Source: Dehalococcoidia bacterium (lineage in GTDB: Bacteria; Chloroflexota; Dehalococcoidia; Bin125). Taken from it: a DNA stretch of 64,000 nucleotides. Positions 54,957 to 64,000 of this stretch are shown one piece after another; position 1 is the stretch's first letter; each line of letters opens with the position of its first letter. The stretch is from assembly GCA_963555985.3 (NCBI GenBank), contig OY820591.1, forward strand, positions 1,280,001-1,344,000, written 5' to 3'. The notes below the pieces were generated by a model. It saw only the letters and a program-made list of their open reading frames with translations, was not told the origin of the DNA and searched no databases. The translations under genes were made by a program, and so were the position numbers.

Positions 54957-55447
54957 ATCACCTCAGGATCGGGGGGCCACGGCGCGAGCACGCCCTGGCG
55001 CTCGGCTTCGGAGGTGAGGAGGCTAAAGGCGCGATCGATTTCCGACAGTTCCTTGTCGCTGAAGTTGCGGAAGATCCGCCAAATCACCGCGCGCTTGCGT
55101 GCATCCAGCTCCGTAATCACTTTGCGTCCTTGCTCGGTCAGATAGATCCGCACTCGCCGCCGATCATCAGCGTCACGTTCGCGTCTCACGAGCTTTTGCT
55201 TTTCCACCAAGCGATCGACAATCCCGGTCGCGGTTGACGGCCGCACCTTGAGTTGTGCAGCCACAGCGCCGGCCGGCGTGCCCGGCGCCGCCTGGAGCAT
55301 GTAGAGCACACGCAACTGAGACATAGTGAGTCCCAGATCCTCCCAGACTTCCAGCCGATTCGGGTCGAAGATGCCAGCTGCCCGGCCGTAGTTGTCCAGA
55401 ATCTGCTCAATCAGCGCATCTGTGACCGCTGAACTCGGAGTACTCAT
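54953..55447 (-). CDS. MarR family transcriptional regulator
   Basis: LTMSQLRVL, STATGIVDRL and DDRRRVRIYLTEQG. Confidence 0.92.
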   Translation of the reverse strand: MSTPSSAVTDALIEQILDNYGRAAGIFDPNRLEVWEDLGLTMSQLRVLYMLQAAPGTPAGAVAAQLKVRPSTATGIVDRLVEKQKLVRRERDADDRRRVRIYLTEQGRKVITELDARKRAVIWRIFRNFSDKELSEIDRAFSLLTSEAERQGVLAPWPPDPEVM

Positions 55448-56559
55448 CTCCCCCCGCCTTTGCCGATGGGCGCGGGGAACGGAATCGAAATCTGCTCGCC
55501 CAACGCGATAAGTTGTTCAATCGTCTCCTGATCGAGGGGCACGCCGTTGGCCGAACGATCGGCGCGGGCCATCTCTTCCGGATCTCCCGGAATGACCACG
55601 CGCTCAACTTCGTCCACCGGCGGCACGTCGCGGATCTCGTCCGCCATCTCTCGCATGTTCTGTTTGAACTCGTCCGGATCGCAGAACAGATCAATCCGCC
55701 AGGCGGCGAACCACTGCCCCTGGATCAGGTTCTGACCTCGCGGTGTGAACATGCCCGAACCGTCGCCCGAAAGCACCCCGGTCAGGATGTCGACCATCAG
55801 TCCCAGCCCGTAGCCCTTGTGGGAAGAGGTGGAGATGTTCGAGCCAAGCGGAAGCAGACCCCCATTCTTGCGCAGGATGAAGGGGTCGTCAGTGTGGTCG
55901 CCGTTCTCATCCACCGCCCAACCGACGGGGAGCGGCTGACTTTGCCGCCCGGCGATCTCCAGCTTGCCCCCGGCGACCGCAGTGGTGGCGATGTCAAGAC
56001 GGAACGGAGTTCCCCCGGCGATCGGTGCGGCCATCGCGATCGGGTTGGTCCCGTAGACCCGCCGAGTGCCGCCGGACGCCATCCCAATCGGCGGCGCGTT
56101 GCACATCGCCATCCCGATCAGGTCATGCTCGACGGCCATGTGCGCGTAGTAACCAGCCGCGCCGAAATGCCGGCCATTGCGAACAGTCACCATCCCCAGA
56201 CCGGAGGCCTTCGCCTTCTCGATACACGTAGACATCGCCTTCTGACAGACGATCGTGCCAAAGCCGCCGTCGCCGTCCCAAGCCGCCGTGACCGGCGTCT
56301 CCCGCAACACCTTGATCTCCGGCGTCGGATTGACAACGCCCGCCTCAAACCCGGGCGCGTAGCCGATATGCCAGGGCAGGTGTGCGATTCCGTGCGAATC
56401 GATCCCGACGAGGTCGGCGTCAACCAGGACTTCGGCGCCGATCGCCGCATCGTCCCCGGGGACGCCGTAGTGCTCCAGAACCGACGCAGTAAAGCTGCGC
56501 AGGTCAGTCGCGTCGTAGCGATCGCGGGTATCGGGCGCTTCGCGTCCGGTCCAGGCCAT
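55444..56559 (-). CDS. Ldh_2 family (malate/L-lactate/ureidoglycolate-type) oxidoreductase
   Basis: ADLVGIDSHG, HFGAAGYY, GTNPIA and HKGYGL. Confidence 0.92.
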   Translation of the reverse strand: MAWTGREAPDTRDRYDATDLRSFTASVLEHYGVPGDDAAIGAEVLVDADLVGIDSHGIAHLPWHIGYAPGFEAGVVNPTPEIKVLRETPVTAAWDGDGGFGTIVCQKAMSTCIEKAKASGLGMVTVRNGRHFGAAGYYAHMAVEHDLIGMAMCNAPPIGMASGGTRRVYGTNPIAMAAPIAGGTPFRLDIATTAVAGGKLEIAGRQSQPLPVGWAVDENGDHTDDPFILRKNGGLLPLGSNISTSSHKGYGLGLMVDILTGVLSGDGSGMFTPRGQNLIQGQWFAAWRIDLFCDPDEFKQNMREMADEIRDVPPVDEVERVVIPGDPEEMARADRSANGVPLDQETIEQLIALGEQISIPFPAPIGKGGGR

Positions 56560-56564
56560 GGCGC

Positions 56565-57335
56565 TCAGCCCTTGCTGTAGCTGCGCACAGTCCGCAGGCC
56601 GTCGGCGGAACCGCGGGCCATGAACTGGGAGTCGCTGCCGGAGGGGATGTAGAGCCAGCCTTCCTCCGCCCGGCGCTTCGCCTCTTCCGGTCCTGACGTG
56701 AAGATCCCGGGCGCGACGCCGTTGCGTTGCGAACCTGCCAACACCTCATTGCAGAGCGCAATGTGGTCGGGATGGGGGTTATCCGGTCGCACCGGTATAC
56801 CCATCGACATCGCCAGATCGGCAGGGCCGATACAGGTCGCGTCAATGCCGGGGACGGAGAGAATCTCATCGATCCGCTCAACCGCCTCCACAGTCTCGAT
56901 CTGCACGATGCAAGCGATCTCGTTGTTCGCCTCCGTGCCATAGTCGGCGCCGCCGTAGAGGAAGCCGCGATATGCGCCGAATCCGCGCATACCGTCGGGT
57001 GGATAGCGGCAGGCGGCCACGGCCTGCTCCGCCTCCGCGCGGTTGTTCACCCAGGGAATCACGACACCATACGCGCCGCCGTCCAGAATCCGCTTGATCT
57101 CCACCGGATCGTTCCAGTGCACGCGCGCCATCGGAATCGTGTCGGTCGTCGAGATCACCTGAAACATCTGCACCATCGTGAGCAGGTCAACCGGCGAGTG
57201 CTCACCGTCCACGACGACCCAATCCCAGCCGGTATGCGCCATCTGCTCTGCCGCCAGCGTCGAACAGGTTGATAGCCAGATCCCGAACGAAGGCTCACCG
57301 TCTGCCCACTGTCGCTTCACCGTGTTCGGTCGCAT
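56565..57335 (-). CDS. HpcH/HpaI family 2-keto-3-deoxy-acid aldolase
   Basis: VDGEHS, LDGGAYG, RYPPDGMRG, QIET and IGPADL; RBS GGAGG. Confidence 0.92.
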   Translation of the reverse strand: MRPNTVKRQWADGEPSFGIWLSTCSTLAAEQMAHTGWDWVVVDGEHSPVDLLTMVQMFQVISTTDTIPMARVHWNDPVEIKRILDGGAYGVVIPWVNNRAEAEQAVAACRYPPDGMRGFGAYRGFLYGGADYGTEANNEIACIVQIETVEAVERIDEILSVPGIDATCIGPADLAMSMGIPVRPDNPHPDHIALCNEVLAGSQRNGVAPGIFTSGPEEAKRRAEEGWLYIPSGSDSQFMARGSADGLRTVRSYSKG

Positions 57336-57410
57336 CAAAACCTCCCTGTGGCCAGCGTTCGATCTGTCACATACGCTGCACAACAGCCTACACGATGCTC
57401 GGAGGGATCC

Positions 57411-58142
57411 TTGGCCTCGTCAACACCGGTCCTCGTTTCATGGTCGTCGGGAAAAGACTCCGCCTGGGCGCTGCATGTGCTCCGCCAGCAGCCCGATCGC
57501 TACGACGTACGCGGCATCTTCACGACCGTCACGCCGCATTTCGACCGAGTCGCGATCCAGGCGACACCGCGCCGCCTGCTCCACATTCAGGCGGAACGTC
57601 TGGGCCTGCCGCTGTACGAGATCCCGCTCCCCTATCCCTGTCCCAACGAAGCCTACGAAGCAGCGATGAGCGGCTTTCTGGATACGGTACGAAACCTCCC
57701 GTCAAACCTGACTGCCTCGACACTCGCCTTCGGAGACCTCTTCCTCGAAGACATCCGCGAGTACCGCCTCACGCAGCTCGAAGGCACAGGCTTCAAAGCG
57801 ATCTTCCCGGTCTGGGGTCTCCCCACCGACGAGCTCGCGCAGACGATGCTGAGCTCAGGCCTAAAAGCGATTGTGACTGCGGTCAGCCCAACCTCGAAAC
57901 TCGACCGCAGCTTCGCCGGACGCTGGTTCGATCAGAGCTTTCTCGACGATCTGCCCGACGGCACAGACCCGCTCGGCGAGAACGGTGAATTCCACACCTG
58001 CGTAGTGGCAGGTCCAATGCTGAGCCGCCCGATTCACGCTCGCCCGGGCGAGATCGTCGGACGACCGGTCAGTCGCAACCACGACGGCAGCGGCGGTACA
58101 GTCACCGCCTGGTACGCCGACGTGGAACTGCTGGAGGATTAG
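57411..58142 (+). CDS. PP-loop ATP pyrophosphatase (diphthamide synthase/DUF71-like)
   Basis: SWSSGKDS, FGDLFLEDIREYR and DPLGENGEFHT; TTG start with RBS GGAGGG. Confidence 0.85.
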   Translation: MASSTPVLVSWSSGKDSAWALHVLRQQPDRYDVRGIFTTVTPHFDRVAIQATPRRLLHIQAERLGLPLYEIPLPYPCPNEAYEAAMSGFLDTVRNLPSNLTASTLAFGDLFLEDIREYRLTQLEGTGFKAIFPVWGLPTDELAQTMLSSGLKAIVTAVSPTSKLDRSFAGRWFDQSFLDDLPDGTDPLGENGEFHTCVVAGPMLSRPIHARPGEIVGRPVSRNHDGSGGTVTAWYADVELLED

Positions 58143-59137
58143 CGGTCTGGGTGCGGAGCGAGCGAGACCTTATCGAGCACCGCCTTGTTGACGACTGATC
58201 GCGGCATGTAGCCCTGCAATACGTCCGCCGCTGCTTCGCCGACGCGTTGCAGCAGCAGCGGCGCCGAGGCATCGGAGTAATAGGCGGAGTGCGGGGTCGC
58301 GATCACGTTGTCGAATTCGAGCAGCGGGTGATCTTTGCGCACCGGCTCGGGATCCCAGACATCCACGCCCGCACCGGCGATCTGCCCGTTCTTGAGCGCG
58401 TCGTAGAGCGCCTGCTCGCTCACAACGCCGCCGCGACAGGTGGTGATCAGGTAGGCGGTTGGCTTCATCAGGGCGAGTTGCTCCGCGCCGACCAGCCCCC
58501 GCGTTTCGGGGTTGAGCGGCGGGTGAACCGAGACGTAGTCGGCTTGCATCACCTCTTCCAATGAGGTCAGGCGCACACCGGCGGCTTCGGCGACAGCGGG
58601 ATCTTGATAAGGGTCGTACGCGATCACCTCGAGCCCGAACGCCCGCGCCCGGATCGCCGCCTGTTGCGCGATGTGGCCAAAGGCGACCAGCCCCAGCGTC
58701 TCGCCGTAGAGCGCCCCCGACGGTCCCAACGGGATGCGCGCTCCCGCACGAGCCGCGTCGTTGTGCGCGATCAGCTTGCGATTGAGCGCGAGCAGCAGCG
58801 AGATCGCATGAGTCGCCACCTCGTTGATGCAATAGTCGGTGATGTTGCAGACCACGATGTCGTAGTCAACCGCCGTCTGCCAGTCGATGTTGTCGAAACC
58901 GATCCCGTAACGCACGACCACCTTGAGATTGGGCGCCGCGTCGAAGATGTCTTTGCCCACCTGCCGGTAGCCGCAGATGATCCCATCCGCGTCGCCGACG
59001 TGAGCAGGGATGTCCTGCTGCTGCTCGAGAGTCAGCGCGACCAACTCCGCGTCCGCTTTCGCGATCTGCTCAGCCTCGGCCGTGTGGGGCAGCCGTTCCG
59101 GGCGTGAATCGATGTGGTACACCTTGAACTTCGCCAT
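58139..59137 (-). CDS. D-isomer-specific 2-hydroxyacid dehydrogenase (CtBP-like)
   Basis: RYGIGFDNID, RGGVV, GVDVWDPEP and TPHSAYYS. Confidence 0.9.
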   Translation of the reverse strand: MAKFKVYHIDSRPERLPHTAEAEQIAKADAELVALTLEQQQDIPAHVGDADGIICGYRQVGKDIFDAAPNLKVVVRYGIGFDNIDWQTAVDYDIVVCNITDYCINEVATHAISLLLALNRKLIAHNDAARAGARIPLGPSGALYGETLGLVAFGHIAQQAAIRARAFGLEVIAYDPYQDPAVAEAAGVRLTSLEEVMQADYVSVHPPLNPETRGLVGAEQLALMKPTAYLITTCRGGVVSEQALYDALKNGQIAGAGVDVWDPEPVRKDHPLLEFDNVIATPHSAYYSDASAPLLLQRVGEAAADVLQGYMPRSVVNKAVLDKVSLAPHPDR

Positions 59138-59158
59138 CAACCACTCCTTCAGCGTGCG

Positions 59159-59512
59159 TTAGAGCCAGGTTTGAATCCGCGATCTTGGCTGCGCGGGAAT
59201 CACTTGTTTCAGCCGTCGACCGTCTGCTGTGAGCGTAAACGACATCTGCTTTCCGGGCTCCGCTTCGGGATGCAGCAAGCGCTGGATCAGCCGAAACGAC
59301 TCGAAGCGAATCAGCGAAAGCCTGACCTGCTGAGCATTCGCCGTCGGCCGCGCCGCGAGCACGGCTGAGACCAGTTCGTCGAACGGAGCCTGCTCAACCA
59401 GCAACAAATGCTGCACAATCAGTTGTTCAACGACATCAAGCTCGATCTCAATCGGCTCCGGGCGCAGCCGCTGGCGGAGCTGCGCCCGCCATCGTTGCAA
59501 TCGCTTACGCAC
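59159..59512 (-). CDS. Hypothetical protein (possible winged-helix)
   Basis: In-operon ORF; FTLTADGRR resembles a wing motif. Confidence 0.55.
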   Translation of the reverse strand: MRKRLQRWRAQLRQRLRPEPIEIELDVVEQLIVQHLLLVEQAPFDELVSAVLAARPTANAQQVRLSLIRFESFRLIQRLLHPEAEPGKQMSFTLTADGRRLKQVIPAQPRSRIQTWL

Positions 59513-59515
59513 CGC

Positions 59516-60763
59516 TCATGCCTTCAGGTACGCGGCGATATCGGGGCCGCCCTCGCTGAGCACGACTCCGTCCGACTCCAGCTGCGCCGTCTCCTCGGCG
59601 GAGATCCCGAGCCACTCGCAGAGCACATCGGCGGTGTCCTGTCCGAACTGAGGCGCATAGCCGTACACGCGGCCGGGCGTGCGTGAGAGCTTGAGCGGTG
59701 AAGCCGCCATCGTCACGTCGCCCGCGATCGGATGCTGCACCGTGGTAATCATCTCGCGCGCGGCGATCTGTTCTTGTTGCACGGCTTGTCCAATGGTGTT
59801 GAGCGGTCCGATCGGAATGCCGTACGGGGCGAGGGCCTTGACCCAGTGCTCGGTCGTCTGCTTCCGCGTCGCCTCGAACAACGCCGGCTCGAGTTCGGCA
59901 TGATTCTCGGTGCGCTTGAACGACGTATCAAAGCGCTCGTCGCCGACGAGTTCCGGTATCCCAAGTTCAGCGCAGAACAGCTCCCACTGGTTATCAACGC
60001 CCCAGGAGAGGGCGACCACCATCCAACCATTCGCCGTCGGGAATGCCTGAAACGGTGTCGCCGAGGGATGGCGCGTGCCCAGCGGCCCCGGCTCCTTGCC
60101 GGTAGCGAAATACCGCGCGACCGCGTTTTCGAGAATGGCGATCTGACAATCGAGCATCGAGATATCCACCGATTGCCCGCAGCCGCTGTGCTCGCGCTCG
60201 CGGAGTGCGGCGAGGATGCCGATCGCCGTGTACAGACCGCCGCAAATGTCGCCAATTGACGTACCGGGCCGCGCCGGAGCCTCTCCGGGGTAGCCGGTGA
60301 TGCTCATCACCCCGCCCATGCCTTGGACGATGATGTCCAATGCCGGCTTGTCGCGCAGCGGCCCGATCTGACCAAAACCGGAAGTCGAGGCGAAGATCAG
60401 GCGCGGATTCCGCTCCAGCAGCGCCTCCGGCCCAATACCCAAGCGATCCATCACCCCCGGAGTGAAGTTCTCCATCACCACATCGGCCTCGTCAACCAGA
60501 CGCAAGAACAGCTCACGACCGGCCTCGGAGCGAAGATCGATCGAGATCGAGCGCTTGCCCCGATTGACCGACTGGAAATACATCGATTCGTTGTTCACGA
60601 ACGGCCCCGTCGTCCGCGCGACATCGCCGTACGGCGGGCGCTCGACTTTGACCACTTCCGCGCCCAGATCGCAGAGAATCATGGCCGCATAGGGACCCGC
60701 CAAGACCCAGGTCAGATCGAGAATGCGAATGCCCGCGAGCGGGCCTGGTGCCGTATCAGTCAT
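59516..60763 (-). CDS. Class III CoA-transferase (stand-alone, catalytic Asp present)
   Basis: ILDLTWVLAGP, NRGKRS, ENFTPG and TSIGDICGG. Confidence 0.92.
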   Translation of the reverse strand: MTDTAPGPLAGIRILDLTWVLAGPYAAMILCDLGAEVVKVERPPYGDVARTTGPFVNNESMYFQSVNRGKRSISIDLRSEAGRELFLRLVDEADVVMENFTPGVMDRLGIGPEALLERNPRLIFASTSGFGQIGPLRDKPALDIIVQGMGGVMSITGYPGEAPARPGTSIGDICGGLYTAIGILAALREREHSGCGQSVDISMLDCQIAILENAVARYFATGKEPGPLGTRHPSATPFQAFPTANGWMVVALSWGVDNQWELFCAELGIPELVGDERFDTSFKRTENHAELEPALFEATRKQTTEHWVKALAPYGIPIGPLNTIGQAVQQEQIAAREMITTVQHPIAGDVTMAASPLKLSRTPGRVYGYAPQFGQDTADVLCEWLGISAEETAQLESDGVVLSEGGPDIAAYLKA

Positions 60764-60771
60764 GTCGCCGC

Positions 60772-61773
60772 CTAGATGTCGCCCTCGGTCGGGCTGCTCA
60801 GTTCCGTGTCTTCGACAACCCACTTCAGTGGCTCGCCGTTGTGCAAACGAGTGAGGTTCTCAAGGAAGAAATCCGTCGTGCGCTGGTACGACGCATCCAC
60901 ATGACAGGAATCGTGCGGGGTGATGATGCAGTTGGGCAGATCCCAGAGCGGAGAGTCTTCCGCCAGCGGTTCGTACGGCGCAACGTCCAGTACCGCGCCG
61001 CCGATCTCGCCCTTGCGAAGCGCCTCCACAAGGGCGTCGTGATCGATCACGCGCCCTCGCGCCACGTTGATCAAGAGCGCATCCGACCTCATCGCGCTGA
61101 GCGTCGTCGTGTTGATCAGATTCAGCGTGGCGTCGGTCAGCGGACAACAGAGCACGACATAATCGCTGACGGCCAGCAGCTCGAAGAGCTGATCCGGGCC
61201 TAGATGGGTCGTCAGGTTCGGATCGTTCGGCGCTCGCCGCTTCGTCCCCACGGTCTTCATCTCGAACGCGACCGCACGCTTCGCAATCGCAGCGCCGATC
61301 GCGCCGTAGCCGACAATCCCCATCGTCTGTCCGGCCAGCTCCACCGACTCCAGCGGCTGCCAGCGATGGGCCGCCTGATTCGCGCGGTGTTCGGGCAAGA
61401 CCTTCGCGCGGCTCAAGATGTGCGCAAACACATACTCGGCGATCGGCCCGCCATGCACGCCGGGCGCATTCGTCAGCGTCGCGCCGGATGCGATCAGATC
61501 GGCATAGAAGGCATGATCAACGCCCGTGCTCGCCGTTTGCAGCCACGAAGGCGGACTTTCCTCCAACACCGTGATCAGCGAGCTCAGCGCCTCCGGCAGG
61601 TAGTACATGTCCTCCGACAGGAAGAATCCGTCCAGCTGTTCCGAATCGCCGCTCCACGATCCATCCGCCCGCAGAGTGATCAACTCTGCCGCGGGAGCAG
61701 CCGCGCGCAGAGCCGCCTCCGAGCGACTGACCAACTCTTCGGTGATCCCGATCCGCAATCGTGTGCTCGACAC
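60772..61773 (-). CDS. D-2-hydroxyacid dehydrogenase
   Basis: GIVGYGAIG, NVARGRVID, LDVAPYEPL and ITPH. Confidence 0.9.
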   Translation of the reverse strand: MSSTRLRIGITEELVSRSEAALRAAAPAAELITLRADGSWSGDSEQLDGFFLSEDMYYLPEALSSLITVLEESPPSWLQTASTGVDHAFYADLIASGATLTNAPGVHGGPIAEYVFAHILSRAKVLPEHRANQAAHRWQPLESVELAGQTMGIVGYGAIGAAIAKRAVAFEMKTVGTKRRAPNDPNLTTHLGPDQLFELLAVSDYVVLCCPLTDATLNLINTTTLSAMRSDALLINVARGRVIDHDALVEALRKGEIGGAVLDVAPYEPLAEDSPLWDLPNCIITPHDSCHVDASYQRTTDFFLENLTRLHNGEPLKWVVEDTELSSPTEGDI

Positions 61774-61844
61774 GGTGCTTCCCTCCACTCTCGCCGTTCA
61801 CGATCAGAGCGCGCATCAACTGCTGCTAGGGTAAGGCCGCGCCG

Positions 61845-63170
61845 ATGAGCGTTCCCGAACTGCCTCCGTCCGACCGAGCGCCGATCCCGCCGCCGCGCGG
61901 TGAACTCCCCGTGCTGCTCCGACGCGGACTCTTGAGTCGCGTCTTCGCCGGCTGGTGGATCGCGGCCGCGGCCTCCATGTCCTCGTTCGCGGCAGTCTCG
62001 TTTTTCAATCCGGTACTCGGCGCAGTCACGCCCGAGCTGCAAGCCGAATACGGCTGGAGCACCGCCTCAATCGGACTGACCATGCTGATTGGCGGCGTCG
62101 GCGGCGGCGCGATCGCCACTTTCGTCGGCCCGTTCGCCGACCGCTACGGCGCGCGCTGGCTCCTGGTCGGCTCGGTCGGAGTGGTTGCCGGCCTACTGGT
62201 GGGACTCGGATTCATCTCCGAGTTGTGGCATTTCCTCCTGCTCTGGGGTCTGGGGCGAGGACTCACCGTCGCCGTAATCGACATTGCGGTAGTCGTCGTG
62301 ATCGCCAACTGGTTTATCCGCCGACGCGGTTCCGCGATGGGTATGACCATGGTCGGCACCCGCGGCGGAATGATGATCTTCCCGCTCGTGATCTCAGCCG
62401 GAATCTGGCTTGGCGGACTGCGCGAAGCCTTCCTGCTCATGGCCCTGCTCGTGCTCGTGGTCGGGTTGCTGCCGCCCCTGATCATGCGCCGCCGACCGGA
62501 GGACGTCGGACTGCGCCCGGACGGTCAGTCTGCCGGCGCATCGGTCACGACGGGCGAAGGCGCATCCGCGCTCGCGGCGGATCCCGACTGGACAGTCCGC
62601 GAAGCGATCCGTACCCGCGCCTTCTGGTTGCTGCTCTTCGGCACGACGATCCTGATGGCCGTCAGCGGCTCGGTGAACTTCACCTTCGTTTCCCACATGA
62701 CCCAAAACGGGATCAGCGCCGACACCGCCCGCACCGCACTCGCGCTCTGGGCCGGCATGGGCATCATCGGCGGCGTGCTCGGCGGAGAATTGCGCCAACG
62801 ACTCGCTGTGCGCTATTCGCTCCCGCTCGTGATCCTGATCACCACCAGCGCGCTGGTCTGGTTCGTCCTCACCGACAGCGTTTGGATGGCCTTCGTCTTC
62901 GCCGTCTGGCACGGACTCTCCTTCGGGGCGCAACTGCCCCTCAATCGCATCTCTTTCCCCGACTACTTCGGCCGCTACTCAGTCGGTCGAATCCGCGGCG
63001 TCACCGCCCCACCCCAGCTACTGATCAACGCCTTCGGCCCCTTCATCTCCGGCCTCGTCATCGACAACCGAGGCTCCTACGACCTCATCTACATCGTCTT
63101 CATCGGCCTGCTCCTCAGCGCCGCCCTCAGCGTGCTGCTGGCGAGGCATCCCGACCCGCCAAGCAGATAG
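61845..63170 (+). CDS. MFS transporter (OFA/MCT-like)
   Basis: GPFADRYGAR, NWFIRRRGSAMG, RRRPEDVGLRPDG and DYFGR. Confidence 0.9.
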   Translation: MSVPELPPSDRAPIPPPRGELPVLLRRGLLSRVFAGWWIAAAASMSSFAAVSFFNPVLGAVTPELQAEYGWSTASIGLTMLIGGVGGGAIATFVGPFADRYGARWLLVGSVGVVAGLLVGLGFISELWHFLLLWGLGRGLTVAVIDIAVVVVIANWFIRRRGSAMGMTMVGTRGGMMIFPLVISAGIWLGGLREAFLLMALLVLVVGLLPPLIMRRRPEDVGLRPDGQSAGASVTTGEGASALAADPDWTVREAIRTRAFWLLLFGTTILMAVSGSVNFTFVSHMTQNGISADTARTALALWAGMGIIGGVLGGELRQRLAVRYSLPLVILITTSALVWFVLTDSVWMAFVFAVWHGLSFGAQLPLNRISFPDYFGRYSVGRIRGVTAPPQLLINAFGPFISGLVIDNRGSYDLIYIVFIGLLLSAALSVLLARHPDPPSR

Positions 63171-63219
63171 TATGGCGAACCGGGAGGCGGCCAGCTCAAG
63201 CTCTCAGGGAAAATCGGCA

Positions 63220-64000
63220 ATGGCTCGAGTCGTTGCAACCCTTGCCATCGGCCTCCTGACAACATTCGCCTACCTCTCCGTTGATCCCGCACAGGCCGCG
63301 GATAGGTCTGTGATCCGCTTGCATCCAGGCCAGAACGTCCTCACCTGGAACAGCGCGGAGCCCTACCCGATCACCGCATTCGCCGACACGCCCGTCACGC
63401 AGATCCATCGTTGGGATGCGGTCAGGCAAGAGTGGCTGTCGCACTTCCCGGGTCAGGAAGGCGCGACCCTGCCGGAGCTGCATCTGCTGCCCCGTGTGCA
63501 GTACTTGCTCTTCGCCGAAGCCAAGCATGAGCTTGACGTGCCCGATCCGATTGCGGAGATCGATCCGCACGCTGAATTGCGCCTGGCTGAGCCACCGAAT
63601 GATCCGCTTCGCTTCGAGGCCTGGTGGCCCAACAAAGACAGCCCGCTGGAAGACCTGATCCTGCTGCGTCCCGACGACGAGCGACTCTCGGTCAAGGCAG
63701 AGGTCGCCGGAGGCGTCGGAGCGGTTGAGGTGTACTGGGTCTTGGACGGTCGGCTGAATCATCAGGGGCTGGCGTCGGACGATGTCGAGTTGCTGACGGG
63801 TAAGCACGACGACGGGCGGTTGTATGCGGTCGACGGGTCGGGGCAGATATCCGTGACCAAATTGCCACGTGTGGTGAAGCTTCCGCCGTTGGAGTTGCCG
63901 GAGATGGTCTACGGCATAAGCGCGCACTTGCCGAGAAGTTATGAGTGGTACACATGGGGAATGGCCGGGGAGGCCATGGACTTGATTCGAGATGCGGGCC
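63220..64000 (+). CDS. Secreted protein with a Trp-rich N-terminal module, possibly a glycoside hydrolase (partial, runs off the window)
   Basis: Manual translation: MARVVATLAIGLLTTFAYLSVDPAQA (signal) ADRSVIRLHPGQNVLTW...YGISAHL...AMDLIRDA. The frame is open to the window end. Confidence 0.65.
   Translation, partial: MARVVATLAIGLLTTFAYLSVDPAQAADRSVIRLHPGQNVLTWNSAEPYPITAFADTPVTQIHRWDAVRQEWLSHFPGQEGATLPELHLLPRVQYLLFAEAKHELDVPDPIAEIDPHAELRLAEPPNDPLRFEAWWPNKDSPLEDLILLRPDDERLSVKAEVAGGVGAVEVYWVLDGRLNHQGLASDDVELLTGKHDDGRLYAVDGSGQISVTKLPRVVKLPPLELPEMVYGISAHLPRSYEWYTWGMAGEAMDLIRDAG

Noticed and set aside
57411-58142. Diphthamide biosynthesis in a bacterium
   Set aside because: Bacterial DUF71-like PP-loop proteins are widespread, and no other dph genes are present in the window.

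Overview
A GC-rich bacterial chromosomal segment, most likely from Chloroflexota/Dehalococcoidia (an inference from gene content and protein style, not from a marker-gene analysis). It holds about 62 CDS and two tRNAs (Arg-CCG, Pro-TGG). Housekeeping genes are prfA (partial), hisS, rel, comM, pyrD, an mrp-like ATPase, glcDEF and gltB. They are mixed with an expanded organic-acid catabolic set: six class III CoA-transferase genes, crotonases, a MaoC pair, an SDR, 2-hydroxyacid dehydrogenases, an HpcH aldolase, an RraA-family protein and MFS transporters. I saw no CRISPR array, rRNA, integrase or transposase. The best leads for undescribed biology are: (1) a two-gene cassette between comM and tRNA-Arg encoding an exported Asp/Thr-rich protein with about 12 xTDxDG[IVFY][DS]TP repeats and an overlapping APH-fold kinase, behind a putative promoter with a G10 tract; (2) an uncharacterised small protein plus PIN nuclease module inserted inside glcDEF; (3) a ~129-bp non-coding element with CTGAAC direct repeats present twice, about 32.5 kb apart; (4) a cysteine-free Mrp ATPase next to a NYN nuclease; (5) an unnamed Trp-rich module shared by two secreted proteins. 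All calls come from reading motifs by eye; no searches were run.
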